Positions 20,915-34,441 of a stretch of 64,000 nt of DNA are shown piece by piece. A program made the position numbers and the translations under genes. Each line of letters opens with the position of its first letter. Positions within the stretch are counted from its first letter, which is position 1. The stretch lies in contig QPMI01000298.1 of the NCBI GenBank assembly GCA_004431415.1, positions 1 through 64,000 on the forward strand, in the 5' to 3' direction. The notes under the pieces were generated by a model. That model did no database searches, was not told the DNA's origin, and saw only the letters and a program-made list of their open reading frames with translations. This stretch comes from Cyanophora paradoxa CCMP329. Lineage: Eukaryota > Plantae > Glaucophyta.

Positions 20915-23127
20915 GATCGAGACGGATCCGCAGCAGCGCCCCCGATCGCCCCCGCTGACCGTGTGTCGAAGCTCATGATCATCCCATGGCCAGCCCCCCT
21001 TTGTCCGTTGTTTCTCCGATCACTGCCTCGAGCTCATGATCGTGCATACGAAGCGACACTCGATGTCAGCTATAGCTCGCTTGCTTTCAACTGGCTAGCT
21101 ATGCCGGGGCTCATATCGATCATGATCATGTGAAGCTGAGCATGAAGCCCGCGGCCGCCTTCGAGATATCCATATCCGATGATCTGCCGTGACATGTACA
21201 GTGATCGGTATAGCCTAGTTGGGGAAGGGAAAATCACTTCCCCTGTCCCTGTCCCTCGGGCCCAACCCTACCCCAAATCCCATTTCCCCGACCTCCTCAA
21301 AACCCGGGCCGCGCGGTACACCCTGAAAGCCCATCCCCAGGGGACCCCGAAACCGTGTCTCCCGGTCCCGTCCGACCAAAGGGTGATCCAGGAACAGGCA
21401 CCAACACCCGGGACAAAAAGGGGTCCAGCGAGGCACATGGAGCAGATATACAGGCCGGGCCAGTTCGAGGTCAATGCTTGCATTATGCCCGACATTCCGT
21501 ACTGCAAGAGCGAGGCCGGCGCGAGCGCGGTCGCGTAGGAGGACGCCGCGCGTGCTAGCCAATCGCATTGGAGAGTGCGAACTTACCCTGCGAAACCTCT
21601 TAAGGTACCCCCCGGCCGCATTCTCCCCCGGGCGCCACAGCTCGGCTTGGCTCAACAATGGTTACGCCTCTCGCGCGCGCGGCAGCTTGCTGTGGCTCAG
21701 CGGCTAGCCGCGCCAGCCGCGCACGCTTCACCCGCGCCAACCGCGACCCGACGCAATTGCACAAGCCGGCCGCAAGCCGCCCGCACTTGGCCGGCTATGC
21801 CACTTGCAACAAGCCGACGCCCGCGCGGCGCGCGGAGCCCCCCCGCGCGCGCGATGCGCATGCCTGCTGCAGCCGGCGCCGCTGATCATGAGCTGGCCCG
21901 CTGCGCCGCTTTTTGATCATGAGCGGAACGTGAGCTTGAGCAGCGTCCCCGCGCCCGCGCCCAGATCTCGCGGAGGCCTAGGCCAGCCCCTAGCTATATA
22001 GCAACGCCGTGACGCACGTGCACCCGCAGCACATGCGCACTCGTGCACCCGCCACGCCTCACGCGCGCGAAGGCCGCGGGGCATGCGCAGCCTGGCAGGA
22101 GCTCGAGCACGTCCATATGCATGGCCAGACAAGGTTCCCTCCCTCTTCCCAAGGCCCGCGCCTTACATAGCTATAGCTAGCTCGCTAGGCCCTGATCATG
22201 AAGCCTTCCTTTAAGAGGACAGCTCGCCTCGATCGCGAGGACAGCCGCTGAGCTCGCCTGGCGTGGCCAGCCTCGGCCGGAGCCGCCCCGGCGCCGCGGC
22301 GGCTCGCCGGCGCCCGGCCACGTGCACCGCGCGCGCGCCTTCTTAAGCTTAAGCGCTAACTTAAGTCCCTGCAGCTCCCCTCTGCATCTAGATCTTGGAT
22401 TCGCCGAGGTTAAATGCCCTTCCCCGGACCCAACTGACGCGCACGGCAAGTCAGTGGCCCTTTATAGGTAACCGACGATGATCGTCGGGCGGCGACTCGC
22501 GATCGGCGATCCAACTTGGCAATGATCGCCGAGCCTTGGATGACTGGGCCAGGCTCCGAGGCTCAGCGGCTGAATGCATGATCATCGCCATGGCCAACTG
22601 GCAAGCCTCCGAGGGCTCGGACTCTGGGAGTCGGATGCCATGATGTCCAAGAATTCGAAGCGGCCCGGGCCCGGGGGACGCCGTGACGAGGGCGGACTCC
22701 GGGAGCCCCCTAGCTGGGCCCTTTCTCTTAAGTGGCAGGCCTGCAGCTGAGGCTCTCCGAGGCTCAAGAGTCCGACGGTCTGTCGACGTCATTTGCCAAA
22801 ACTACTCCTTGGAGACACACATCATGGCATGAACACGTGCTAGACGGCGCCAAAAATCAGACAGCGTGCTACGTGCTGCGGGTGGATGCGGTGGGCGGCC
22901 CGAGGGTGGGAGAATGGTGGCGTCAGGGGTCCACGGTCATCGCTGCGGAACGCGGGCAGCCGCCGGCCGGCGCCATCCGAAGAACGCGGCGGGGCTCGAA
23001 TCTGGAGCGGCCGGGGCGGGAGAAAATGAGGGCGGGCGGGGCGTTGATCCGGTGCGGGTGCGGGTGGGAGCATGCGCAGGGCCCCAAAAACAGGCCGGGG
23101 GAGGGAGGGGGACGGGAGCGGGGCGGG

Positions 23128-26100
23128 TCAGGGGCGGGGGGGGCCGGGGGCGGGGCCCGGGCGGCAGGCCTCGTTGACGTAGAAGAAGATGTAGCCGGCG
23201 GCCTGGCGGCGCTCCCCGAAGACCTCCGCCGCCGCCACCTCCCGCACGCTCGCGTCGTTCAGGTTCAGCCACCGCCCGCTCGCCCCGTCGTGCACGTCGC
23301 ACTGGCGCACGGCGGGGCGTGAGGCGGGGGGGCGGGGCGGGGCGGGGTGGGGGCGGACGATGTAGTGTCCGGCGGCGGCGCTGGAGCCGACGTGGGAGAT
23401 GATGCTGTGCAGGCGGTAGCGCGTCTCCAGCGGGCCCGCCGCCCCCGCGCCCCCCGCCTCCTCCTCCAGCACCGCCTCCAGCGACTCCGGCAGCGCCCCC
23501 CCCGCCCCCGCCTCCTCCTTGCCCCCCCGCCGCGCCGGCCCCGGCGGCGTCCGCTCCTCCTCGCGGGCCCGCGCCGGTCCGCCTTGCGCCGCCCCCTCCT
23601 GCAGCGAGAGGCGGATCGCCCGCCGCAGCTCCTCGTCCTGCCCCGCGCCGCCGCGTCACGCTCCGGGGCGGCGGGGCGGGGGCGGGGCGGGGGCCGGCAC
23701 CTCCTCGGCTTCGTTGTTCTGGGGCGCCGCCTCGGCGAGGCTCAGCTCGATGGCCTTGCGCAGGTCCACGTCCTCGTCCTCGCTGCGCGCCGGCTCGCCC
23801 CGAGGCGCGCGCGCGTGCGGGCAGGGGGCGGGGGCGGGCGCACATGACGATGGCGGCGTCGGGGTCGCCGAGGGCGCCGGCCGCCGGGGAGGAGGAGCGG
23901 CCGGGGGCGGGGCCGGCGCCGGGGCGGGGGAGCCCTCGGGGCGCTCGAGGTCCACGAAGGACGGGGACGGGGCGCCCGCCGAGCTCGAGTTGGGCGGAGT
24001 CCGCTCCCCAACCGACCCCGCCCCGCCCTCCTGCGCCGCGAAGCTCGCCGACGCCCGCGCCCGGCCCCGCAGCGCCGGCGCGCCCTCCGTCCACCCCTCC
24101 TCGCACGCGAAGCCTGCCGGAGGTTCGGAGGCGGTGCGGGGGGAGGGGCGGTGCGCGCACCAAGGTCCAGGGTGGCGTCGATCTCGACGGGGTCGGCGCG
24201 CTTGTCGTGCGAGCGGCGCGAGAGGACGAACTTGAAGCGCTTGAGGTGCAGCACGAGCACGCGCGGCAGGCGCCGGAGCCGGTGCTCCACGCGCGCCGAC
24301 CTGTGCCCGCACGCCTCGCACGTCCGCTCCACCCCGCCCTCCGCCTGCCCGGAGCCGCCCCCCGTCAGCCCGGCCGCTGGCGGCGAAGGAGGCGGGGGCG
24401 GGCCGCGCACGGCGAAGAAGCGGCGGAGGAGGGAGGAGAGGGAGGGCCGGGCGGGGGCGAGGGCCGACGAGGCGGGGGCGGAGGAGGAGGAGGAGGAGGA
24501 GGAGGAGGGGGAGGGGGAGGGGGCGGGGGCCTCGGGGATGTCGAGGGAGAAGTCGCGGTAGAGCTCGGCGAGGGAGGCGCGCGCGCCGCACGCCCCCGCC
24601 TCGCACTCGAACCCGTGCGACACCTCGCACTCAAAGTTCACCCGCGTCGGGCACCGCGCCGACCGCTGCGGCTCCCGCCCGTCCGCCCCGCTGACGGCGG
24701 CCTCGGGGCCCTCCGGGGAGGGGGCGCGGGGCCTGGGGCCGGCCTCCTCGTCGAAGGGGGCGGCCTCGGAGTGGAGCTGCTCGAGGAGGACGGCGAGGAA
24801 CTCGTGCGCGTCCTGCTGCGCGTTGCCCCGGAACCGCTCCAGCTGCCCCGCGATCGCCGCCTTCAGCTCCCGCGCCGAGATCGTCCGCCGCTCCCCCTGC
24901 TGCACCTGCCCGCCCCGCCTCTCACGCCCCCGCGCGCGGCCGCCGGGGGGCGGGGCGGGGGCGCGTGCCTGGGCGAGGATGCAGAGGAAGGCGCGGTAGG
25001 CGCCGGGGGAGGCGGCGGCGCGCTTGGCGAGGGGCCGCGAGAGGAGCGACTGGACGAAGGGCGCGAGGCTCGTCAGGCACTGCAGCGTCGCGTTGATGTA
25101 GCACGTGTTCCTGCGCCCCCCCCGCGTCACGCCCCGCCCCCGCGCCCCGCGCCCCGCCCCGCGCCCCCCGTCCCCTGCTTGCCCTCGCCCCGCACGCACC
25201 CCAGGTTCTCAAAGCTGCGAGGTGGGTGGGCGGGCCGTGAGCGGGGCGGCGGGGCCCCGGGGAGGGGGGAGGGGCGCGGGGGGTACCCCTTGCGGATGGA
25301 GGCGCGGGTGGCGACGCCGGAGCCGAAGGAGGAGGCGCCGCCCTCGCTGCCGCCCGGGCTCGCGCGCCGCGGCGCCCCCGGGGCCGGGGCGGGGCGCGCG
25401 CACGGGGAGACGGAGGAGCGCTTGCGGTCCCAGGCGCCCCCGCCCACGCGCGTCTCACGCTTCGAGTAGAAGTTGCCGGGCGGGATCGCCCCCGCGCTCC
25501 CCCTGCTCCCGCGTCAGAGACTGCCACGGCGCGTCTCAGGCGAAAGGGGCGCGGTGGGCGCGCCACTGCTCGGGCGAGTCCGGGTCCTCGATGTCGTCGT
25601 CGAGCGGGTCGCTCGCACGCCCCGCCGGTGCCTTTGCCGCCGATGCCTTCGCCGTCGCCCGCCTGATTTCTTCAGCTCGCCGCTCTTTCTGCTTCATCTC
25701 TTCCTCCTTCTGCCGCTTCTCCTCGGCCGCCCGGAGCACCTTCGCCCCGTAGCTGCCCCCCGTGACGGCCGACACCCTCTGCTGCGGCGGCGCGTCTGCC
25801 GTCCCCCTCAGGTGGCAGCGGGGCACGGACGCACAGCAGTGCGCACCGTCTTCCTGCCCACGCTCCCGCAGCACAGCGCGAGCGCGATCGTCCATGAGCG
25901 ACCTCACATTCTCCTTCCCCACTCGCCCCCGCCCAGCCGGAGGACGGTACGGAGGCTGCTGCGGCTGGGTGACTCGCGGCTTCTTGGAAGCATCTTGCGT
26001 GGCCGCGGGCGTGGCCGGCACGGAACGCTTCTCTTGCAGGACACCTGAGCGCCCAGAAAACTCAATGCCATGGCTTCGCACGCGAGGCCAGAGAAGCAGA

Positions 26101-26471
26101 CCGGTCATGACGAAGTTGTCGATGCGGAGGACGCTTGCGAGCGCAACGATAAACTGTTGTAACTCCTTGGTATTGGCTTGCTCGATGAGGATGTTGCTCC
26201 AATTCAGATTCGCGGCGTTCTTTTCGAGAGCGGTGAACGTGCAACTGCCGTCTGCAGTGTTGTAGCTCACAATTTTGGAGGCCGACGGGAGCTTCCACGA
26301 GCTTCCTGTGCCGTCCTCTAACTTGATTTCGACAAATCCGCGGGGTCCAGTCCCTTCTCTCCTGATCAAGTCGATCGATGCGCGCTTCGCTGTGACACTT
26401 TTGGAGGTTGGAAGGCGCAAGGCTTGGCTTATGGTGACCCTCGCGGCGAGTGTGGCGACCTTCTCAGGCAT
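23128..26471 (-). CDS. Ubiquitin-specific protease (peptidase C19) with UIM insertions, USP37-like
   Basis: Cys box FENLG/NTCYINATLQCL, QQDAHEFL, LPRVLVLHLKRF, UIMs EDVDLRKAIELSL and DEELRRAIRLSL, His box YRLHSIISHVGSSAAAGHYI, WLNLNDASV, GYIFFY. Confidence 0.9.
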
Positions 26472-27128
26472 TCAGATCAGGCATGACCTGCGTATGCATA
26501 CGCGTATTAGAGACGGCAAGCGAATGCGGTACCGCATCAGGGCGCGGGCAAGTGTCTGAAATGCAAGTTTGAACTTTCAAAGGTGCAGGTTCGGCGATGG
26601 CACGAGGCCAACGATGCACAATATCGCTGAAGTGCGCGCTAGCGCTCGTCTCCCGACCCGCCTGAGGCGGCGCACCTGAAGGATACGCGATGAGAACGCA
26701 CGCCTGCCGGGTCGATGATGCCGTAAGGCCCTCTGAGTCGACCGAAAGCCCAAGAGGTTGTTTGAGCTCGCTGAGAGCAGCCGGCCGGCCGCCTAATTCA
26801 ATTTGCTTGCCGCGCGCAGGGGTACACATATCCAAAGGCATCCGCCCTCGGGCACGCAGCTTCCTTTTGGAGGCCCTCTCCCTCTCTAGAGAGCTTTGGA
26901 GGCCATGGAGGGGGAGAGCTGCAGGTCATTGCAAGAAAACGCGGGTGGCAAGCACGGGAACCGGCTGAAGGTTTGCGCATAGCGACACAGCGACACTGCC
27001 GCGACAGCCATCTGAACCGATTGTGCAGACTTTGCGGTCCCTGTCCTTGAGGCTCAACCAGAGCTCCCAAAGTTTCGGTGCGTGTCAAACCAGGCAGCCG
27101 GCTCTGGCTGCGCCGCCTGCAACGCCCC

Positions 27129-27715
27129 ATGAGCTCTAGGGCATGCGTTGCTGCCCAAGTTCCGCCAGTGTGTCCGCCACCGCCGCCCACGCTCCGGGTC
27201 CTCATCCGCCGCCCTTTTAGATCTGCACAGCACGCGCAAGGCAACCACGGCCGGTTGCTAGAGGCGGATGCGAGATTAGAGATCCGACCGGCGGCCCTCC
27301 CGCGGCCGTTTCATTATCTCGGGCCTCTGAGTCGTGCCGGCGCTGACTGGGAAGGCAGGGAACCCTTGGATCAGCCAGGACCCGACCGACAAGATCAAGA
27401 ATCTAATCGAGCTTTCCACGGGCACGCCCAGGGATGCCAAGAAGCTGTCCATCATGCAGGCCCGCCGCGCCTCCGCGCACGTATCGCCGCTGGTTCCGGC
27501 CTCACGCGGCCCGGCCCGCAGACCGGCATCGCCATCCCCGCCGAGCTGGAGATGAGCGCGAACCCCTTCCCCTCCGGTGCGGTCCCCGGCGCGCGGGGCT
27601 CGTCGCGGGCCGACGGGGCGCAGTGGCGCCGGACGCGCCGGTGGAGGCCATTACCAACTCACCCATCGACGACGTGCTCTCCTCGGCGCTCGCCTCCGCC
27701 GAAGTCTCCAGCTGA
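27129..27715 (+). CDS. Small hypothetical protein, about 5 exons (5' exons uncertain)
   Basis: Splicing joins NPWISQDPTDKIKNLIELSTGTPRDAKKLSIMQ/TGIAIPAELEMSANPFPS/VAPDAPVEAITNSPIDDVLSSALASAEVSS-TGA. Confidence 0.5.
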
Positions 27716-27900
27716 GGGCCCCGCGCCCTCCGCACGGCCCCTGCCCCGCAGCCGCCAGGCCCCTCGACAGTTCTTTCCGCCCCCGCGGGCCCCCGGCCCG
27801 CTTCCCTCTCTGTATTCGCACTTCCGTTCCGTATTCTTGTGTATAGCTAGTAGAGATCAGTCGGCAGGAGGGTCGGGGGCGGCGAGCGGGTTGCGGGGGG

Positions 27901-29071
27901 TCAGTAGGTCTTGAGGACGTCGCCGGTGGCGCGCTGGGGCGCGGGGGGGACGGCGACGGCGTAGGCGGCGTGCTCCTCGAAGAGGAACGCGTGCAGCTCG
28001 CGCATGCTGCCCTGCGCCCCCGCCCGCCCCGCTCGAGCCCCCCGAGGCGCCCCCTCCGGCCGGCCGGCCTCGGGCCGGGAGGGCGCACGATGCGAGCCGC
28101 GTTCGCCCGGACGGAGAGCAGGCTCGCCGCCTCGCGCTCTGCGTGCGGGGCCCCTCGGCCGGGCCGGAGGCGCGGGGCGGGGCGGGGGCGGGGCGGACGG
28201 CGGCGGGGGGCGAGGAGGGCGTCGAGGCCGGCGTCGGAGACGGGGAGGAAGGCGAGCTCGTAGGGGGCCTGCGCCGGCGACGGCGCCAGCGCCAGCACCC
28301 ACTCGAAGATCGCCCGCGTCCTGCAAGCCCCGCCTCCGCCCCACCAGCTGCAGCCCGGGCGTTCCGGCGGGAGCGCACCGCGCCATGTGGAACTCGCTTG
28401 TCACGATCTGGGGCGGGGTGAGCGGGGCGGGGCGGGGCGGGGCGGGGGCCGGGGGCGCGCGAGGAGGCGGCGGAGGGCGCGGGGCTCGAGGTGCATGACG
28501 CGCGCGAAGTACGCGTTCCCGATCGTGTCGTACGACGCGCACTCCGTCAGCACGCGCCGCGCGGGGAACCCTGCCCCGCCCGCCTCTCAGATCGACATCA
28601 AAAGCTGGGGGACCTCAGCGGCGCGGCGGGCGTGGCGCGCCGCGGCGAGTGAGGTAGCGGGCGGCGGCGACGGACTCGAAGACGGGAAAGCCGCTCTCGT
28701 CCAGCAGCGGCGGCAGGTGCGTCGTCCTGCGCCGCGCGCCGCCCCGCCGCGGCGTTAGCCGTGTAGCGACAGCGCGCGCGCGCGAGCAAGAGGCTGGCAG
28801 CGCGCGCCCTGCAGACAGAGTGATGATGAACTCGTCGCTAGCGCTGCGAGTGAAGTCGGGGCCGCCGTGCGCGCGCGCGACCTCCAGCGCCGCGTCCAGC
28901 CGCCGCCTCACCCACTCTGGCGGCTCGCCTGCGGCCGTTCACGGCGCGAAGAGCTGGATCCCGCATGCAACGCGTACCGGTCTCACGGTCGATGCCGCCG
29001 CCGGGGACGACGATGGCGTCGTACGGCGCCGCGCCCTGGGCCGCTGCTAGGTCCAAGGTGCACGCCTCCAT
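27901..29071 (-). CDS. DUF218/YdcF-like (ElyC/SanA family) protein, multi-exon
   Basis: YDAIVVPGGG, RRRLDAAL, FESVAAARYL, ECASYDTIGNAYFAR, IVTSEFHMAR. Confidence 0.85.
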
Positions 29072-29366
29072 GCCGCGTCCCTCTCAATGTTGCCTCGCCG
29101 GGGCTGAACGGCCCAACCCACGCCCGGCCTTGAATCGAATCCCGGCGGGGCCGCTTCGCAGCCGCGCTGCCGCGCAGTGCAACAGCTCCTGGCCAGCCCT
29201 GCTAGCTACCCGAGCGCGCATCGACGCGATAGAGCGCTCTAGACCATTGTAGCGTGGGATCGACGTGCGCCTAGATTAGCTCGCCGTCTGAGTCCGGGAC
29301 GCCGTCCCGGCGGCGATGGTCCTGGGGCGTCCGGCGTTGCTGAGGCAATAACAGTACGAGTGCTAG

Positions 29367-32300
29367 ATGCAAGTACTAGTGCACGTCGACGAGAAGGACG
29401 ACAGGGGCCGCTTCTCGCGGAGCCTGCTGCCCCGCCTCCCGCTGGACACGCTGCCGCCCTCGCCGCCCAAGCGCCCGCGGCCGAGCCGGCCGCCCTCGTC
29501 GCGGAGGAAGTCGCTGGAGATAGCGGACAGCGCTGCGCGCTTTGCGGCGAAGAAGAACGACCCGGCGCGCTCGAGCTCGCCGCCGCACCCCGCGTGGCCG
29601 TCCGCCCGCGCTGTCGGACCCACCGTTGCCGCGCTAGTCGACGGCCGCCTCCCGTCTGTTGCCCCGGACCTCTCGCCCGGCCGCGCCGCGCCTCGATTGA
29701 CGCCCCCGCAGGGGCCGCTCGGCGCATGGCACCCTCACAGGCGCGAGCGCCACCCCGGGGCGCCGCCGCCGCTGACCCTGCACGCAGCGTCGGCGCCGGC
29801 GAGCCTGCACTCGACGGCGCGGCTGCGGTACCCGCGGGACGAGTCGCCTGATCACGGGGCCTCCCGCGCGGCGCTCGGCTCGCTCGCGGCCACGGTGCGC
29901 GCCACCGCGCGCCGGCGCGCGCTGCGGGGCCCGGGGAGCGGGGCCGAGGGGGCGGGGGCCAGGGTGTGGGGGAGGGGAGGGAGGAGCGGGAGTCGATCGC
30001 GCGGATCGAGGCGATGCTGCAACGCGAGCTCGCCGGCCTCAACGAGCACCGCTCCGCCGGGCCCTCCGCCCCCCGCCTTTCGGTCTTTCGCAAAGCCTTC
30101 GGTCCCCGCCCCGCCCCGCCCCGCCCCGGAAAGGCCGCGCCGGCGACACCGGGGCTGGCAGAGGGGGTGATCGGGCAGTTCCGGTTCGTGGGGCCCACGC
30201 TCGCCGCTATCAAGGCCGAGTACGACGCGTGCGCCCCGCGGCAGCCCCCGCGCGCCCCCCGCGCCCCGCCCCGCCGCCCTCACGTCCCCGCAGCTACCTC
30301 GCCGCCCTCGAGGCCGAGAAGGGCCGCCTGTGCGCCCCGCCGGGCCCCGCGCGCGCTCCCGGCGGGCGTCGGGGGCCGAGGGGCGGGCCCCGGGCAGGCT
30401 CTCGCTGGGGGCGCGGGAGGCGGTGGCCAAGTACAGCGCCGAGCTGGAGCGCCTGCGCGCCGAGCACCGCCGCGAGGCCGCCGAGCTCCGGTCCGCCCCC
30501 GCCCCGCCCCCCGCCCCTCTTCGCCCCTCCTCGCCCACGCAGCTGGCGCAGCGCGGCGCTCAAGGCGGCGCGCGAGTCGGAGGCGGAGGCGCGCCGCCGC
30601 TGCGACGAGGCCGAGGCCGCCGGTGCGCCCCGCGGGGCATGGGGCCGGCGCGGGGCGCGGGGGCGCGAGGTGGGCGGGGCGGCAGCGGAGGAGCGGCTCG
30701 GGGAGGCTCAGCGGGCGGAGGCGAACTGGCGGGAATGGAGGCAGGCGAACGGGGCGCTGGTGTCGATGGTGGGCCACTACGAGCGCATGTTCGAGGAGGC
30801 CGAGGCCAGCCGCATCAAGGAGGCCAAGGAGGCCGAGGCCGCCTTCCGGCCCGCCCCTCCGCGCCCCGCCGCCCGCCCCCCGCAGCTGACGGGGCGGGCG
30901 GGGCGGGGGGCAGGCTGGCGGCGGAGTCGCAGGCGCACGTGCGGACGCTGCTCGAGGAGATCGAGCGCATCAAGGCGCGCGGGGCCGGGCGGCTGGGGGG
31001 AGGCGGGAGCTGACGGGGGGGCAGCACATGATGGAGGCCGCGGGGAAGGAGGTGCGCGCGCAGGCGAAGGAGGAGAACAAGCGCGAGATCCAGCGCCTCC
31101 ACCGCCTCATCGGCACCGTCCGCCCCCCGCGCCCGCCGCCGAGGGCGGCGCGGGGGGGCCTGAGGGGCGGGGCGCGGGCAGACGAAGCTGCAGCTGCGGG
31201 CGGTGGAGACGCAGTACGACGAGCTTGTGCTGGAGCACCGGGAGACGGTGGAGCAGGTGGAGGCGCTGGCCTCGACGCTGCGCGAGGGGGCCCTCCCCGT
31301 GGGCGCCGAGGGCCCCGAGCTCGCCGCCCGCCTCGGGCCCCTCCAGGCCGCCCTCGGCGGCATCCGCGGCCGCCTCACCCCCCGCCCCGACTGGGGCGCC
31401 GTCAAGGCCCGCGCCCCCGCCCTCGAGCTCGGCGGCGACCCGCCCAAGCCGACGGCCGCGCTCCTCTCCGACCTGCTCTACCTGCTCGAGAAGGCGGAGA
31501 CGAAGGCGGCGCTGGCGGCGAGCGGGGCCGGGGAGGGCCCGGCGCTGGAGCCGGCGGAGGCGCGCGAGGAGGACGCGAGCCTCTCCGCCGCCAAGGACTA
31601 CGTCGAGGGGCTCGGCACCGGCGCCACCGTCCCCCGCTACCTCCGGCGAGCCGCCCGGCCCCGGGGGAGACGGGCGGGGGCGGGGGCTGAGGGCGGGGGC
31701 AGGTGGGCGGGGAAGGTGCGCAACCGGAAGCTCTCGAAGCGGGACACGGAGGCCCTCGTCCGCGACTGCTGGAGCTCGGCGCGGCCCCCGCCCTGCCCCG
31801 CCCCCGCCCCCGCCCCTCCTGACCGCCCCCCAGAAGTTCGTGTACGACCGGTCGGTGCGGGCGGCGAAGGGCGCGCAGACCCCCATGGCCGACTACTTCT
31901 ACATCTACCTCCAGAAGCGCTTCGGCATCCAGGCCATGGCGCGCCCCGCCCCGCCCCCTCGCGCCCCCCCTCTCATGTCCCTCCGCCCCGGGGCAGATCG
32001 CGGAGTACGGGTACAGCGTGGTGGACGCGCTGCAGCGCTACTCGTACGACGCCGACGTGGATCTCTTCCGCCGCGTCCTGGCGGGGGAGCTCTCGGAGGA
32101 GGTGTACGCGGACCAGCTAGATATGATGGAGCGCTTGCGTCAGATGTGCATCAAGCTGGACCGCAACCAGTCGGGGGGGAAGGAGACGGGGGTCGTCGCG
32201 AAGCGCACCCTGGTCGCATCGCTGCGCAAGTTCTTCCCCCTCAAGGCCGACCCCGACTTCCGCGCCCTCCTCCGCGCCCTCGACGGCGAGCAGCCCGGCA

Positions 32301-32893
32301 ACGAGGCGCCCGCCCCGCCCCGCCCCCCGCCCCGCCCTCGCGCTCACACAAGCTCTCTTCCCGAGAAGGTCGTGCACTACAAGCTCTTCCAGGAGGACCG
32401 GAACTACAACCAGGGCCCCTTCATGGAGCTGCTGCGGGCGCAGTACATCCGCGACGTGCAGGCGTACACCGCCGAGGTCGAGGCGGCGATCCTCGCCCTG
32501 CCGCGCGACGGGGAGGGCAAGGTGACCGTCGCCGCCCTCCGCGAGGCCATGTCCGCCCTCGACCCCGAGCGGCCCCCGAAGGCGCGCCCCCGGCGCGCCC
32601 CGCGTCGCCCGCCCTCCTGGCGCTGAGGGGCGGGGCGGGGCCAGAGCATGGACGAGGTGCTGGGGCGGGGCCTGGGCCCCGAGCTCGCCGACGTGGGGCT
32701 CCTCTACGCCGGCACCGCCGTCGACCCCGAGCGCTTCGTGCGCAACCTCCGCCAGGGCATCCTCAAGAAGGCCGTCCGCCTCGAGCCCCGCGCCCCCGCC
32801 CCCGACCCCAAGCCCGGCGGCGGCGCCCGCCCGCCCGCCAGCGGGCCCCTCGCCCCGCTCCCCGGCCAGGGCGACGAGCCCGACGACGAGTGA
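29367..32893 (+). CDS. TSNAXIP1: Translin-associated factor X-interacting protein 1-like (cilia-associated coiled-coil protein), multi-exon
   Basis: RLSVFRKAF..FRFVGPTLAAIKAEYD; EGLGTGATVPRYLR/WAGKVRNRKLSKRDTE; YFYIYLQKRFG; RYSYDADVDLFRRVLAGELSEEVY; KLFQEDRNYNQGPF. Confidence 0.75.
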
Positions 32894-33105
32894 CGCGCGC
32901 GTTTCCCCCCGGCCCCCCTCCGGCTCCCCGCCTGCCACCCCGCCCCCTGCAACGATCAAGCGCGGCGAGCAGCTCGTCTGCGGCGCGGCCCGTGCCGGCG
33001 TCTTGCGGCCCGGCTGCGGCCGGCGTGGCGGGGCAAGTCCGTGTGCGCTAGGAGCTTCGTTGACGACACGAAGTGAGGGGATGGGCTCGCGGGGAGCGGT
33101 GCCCT

Positions 33106-34209
33106 TCAAGAGTTCATGGCGACCTCGAGCATGGACTGGAGCTGCGCGTGGGGCGCGGGGCGGGGCGGGCGCTCATGATGAGGGAGGGTGCGGCGGGGGC
33201 GGCGGGCGGGCCTCGGACCTCGCCGGACTGGAAGAGGTCGAGCATGATGTCGCAGCCGCCCACGAACTCCCCGTCGATGTACACCTGCGGGAACGTCGGC
33301 CAGCTCGAGTACCTGCCCGACCCGCGCCCCCTCAGCCTCCGCACCCCCGCCCCGCGCCCCACGAGACCGGCCGCCCCCCGCGCACTCCTTCATCCCCTGC
33401 CGCATGTCGGGGTCCGCCAGAATGTCTGCCGCCCGCCCCGTGAGTCACCCACAGGACATCACCTCCAGGCCCCTCCCGCGGCCGGCGCCGGCTCGACTGC
33501 CGCTCACCGCAGGTCTCGTAGGGGACGTTGCAGCGCTCGAGGATCTGGACCACTGCGCCGCCGCGAGCGTGGGCCGAGGCGCGGGGCGACCCGCGCTCGG
33601 CCCCCGCACCCGTGTTCGAGAAGCCGCACTGCGGCATGAGCCGGTTGCCCTTCACTGCGAGGCATGCCGGTTAACGAAGAACGACGCGGGGACTGGGATC
33701 AGAGGCGGCCGCGCACTGAAGAGAACGACCTGCGCGAGCGGCGGCAGTGGTCAGGAGGCCGTTTCGCAAGCTAGCGCACTCGGCGGCCCCGCTCGCATCG
33801 AGCGCGAAGCTCATACAGACCTTGTTGTTTTTGACCTGCGCGTGCGGGCGTATGAGACGATGCGCGCCTGGGATATAATGCACAGAAGCTTCGCACCAGA
33901 TCCTCAATCTGCTTCTCGAGCTCCGGCGTGATCTCTATGGGCACCAGTAAGTTCCGAGTGCAGATCAGAACGCCGCGTGCGCTGCGGCGGACCAGCCTTG
34001 ATCTCCACCGGCCGGAAGGCGAACGCCTTCGCGGGAGCCGAACGGCGGGCGACGGCCGCGCCCACGAACTGGGAGCGGCTGGCCGTGAAAGCACGGGCGG
34101 CGTGGCGGCGGACGGCTGGGGCAGGGGCCGCAGAACTCCGCGCTGGCTGAGCGAGGACGCTGCTCGGGCCACGGACGCCCACGGGAATAGCACACGCGAA
34201 CGCCGCCAT
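33106..34209 (-). CDS. Plastid-targeted monothiol (CGFS) glutaredoxin
   Basis: Transit peptide [11 protein letters not shown]...; [22 protein letters not shown]; [28 protein letters not shown]. Confidence 0.93.
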
Positions 34210-34441
34210 GCTTCTATGATCGATTCTGTTGCCAACTTGCCCGTGCCGATACCCCTCGACGCATCTTTCAACTGCCTTGTCGACACCGTCACGCGCCCTC
34301 TGAGCCGTCATTCGTACTGTTCTGCACAGCCTGCTGCGTGTGGCCCTACAACCGAGCGCACTTCCCAAAAAGCAAGGTACGCGCCGAATCCTCCAGGGCC
34401 AAAGGCGATCGTCGCCGTCGTCTCAACCTTGCTGCGCAGTC

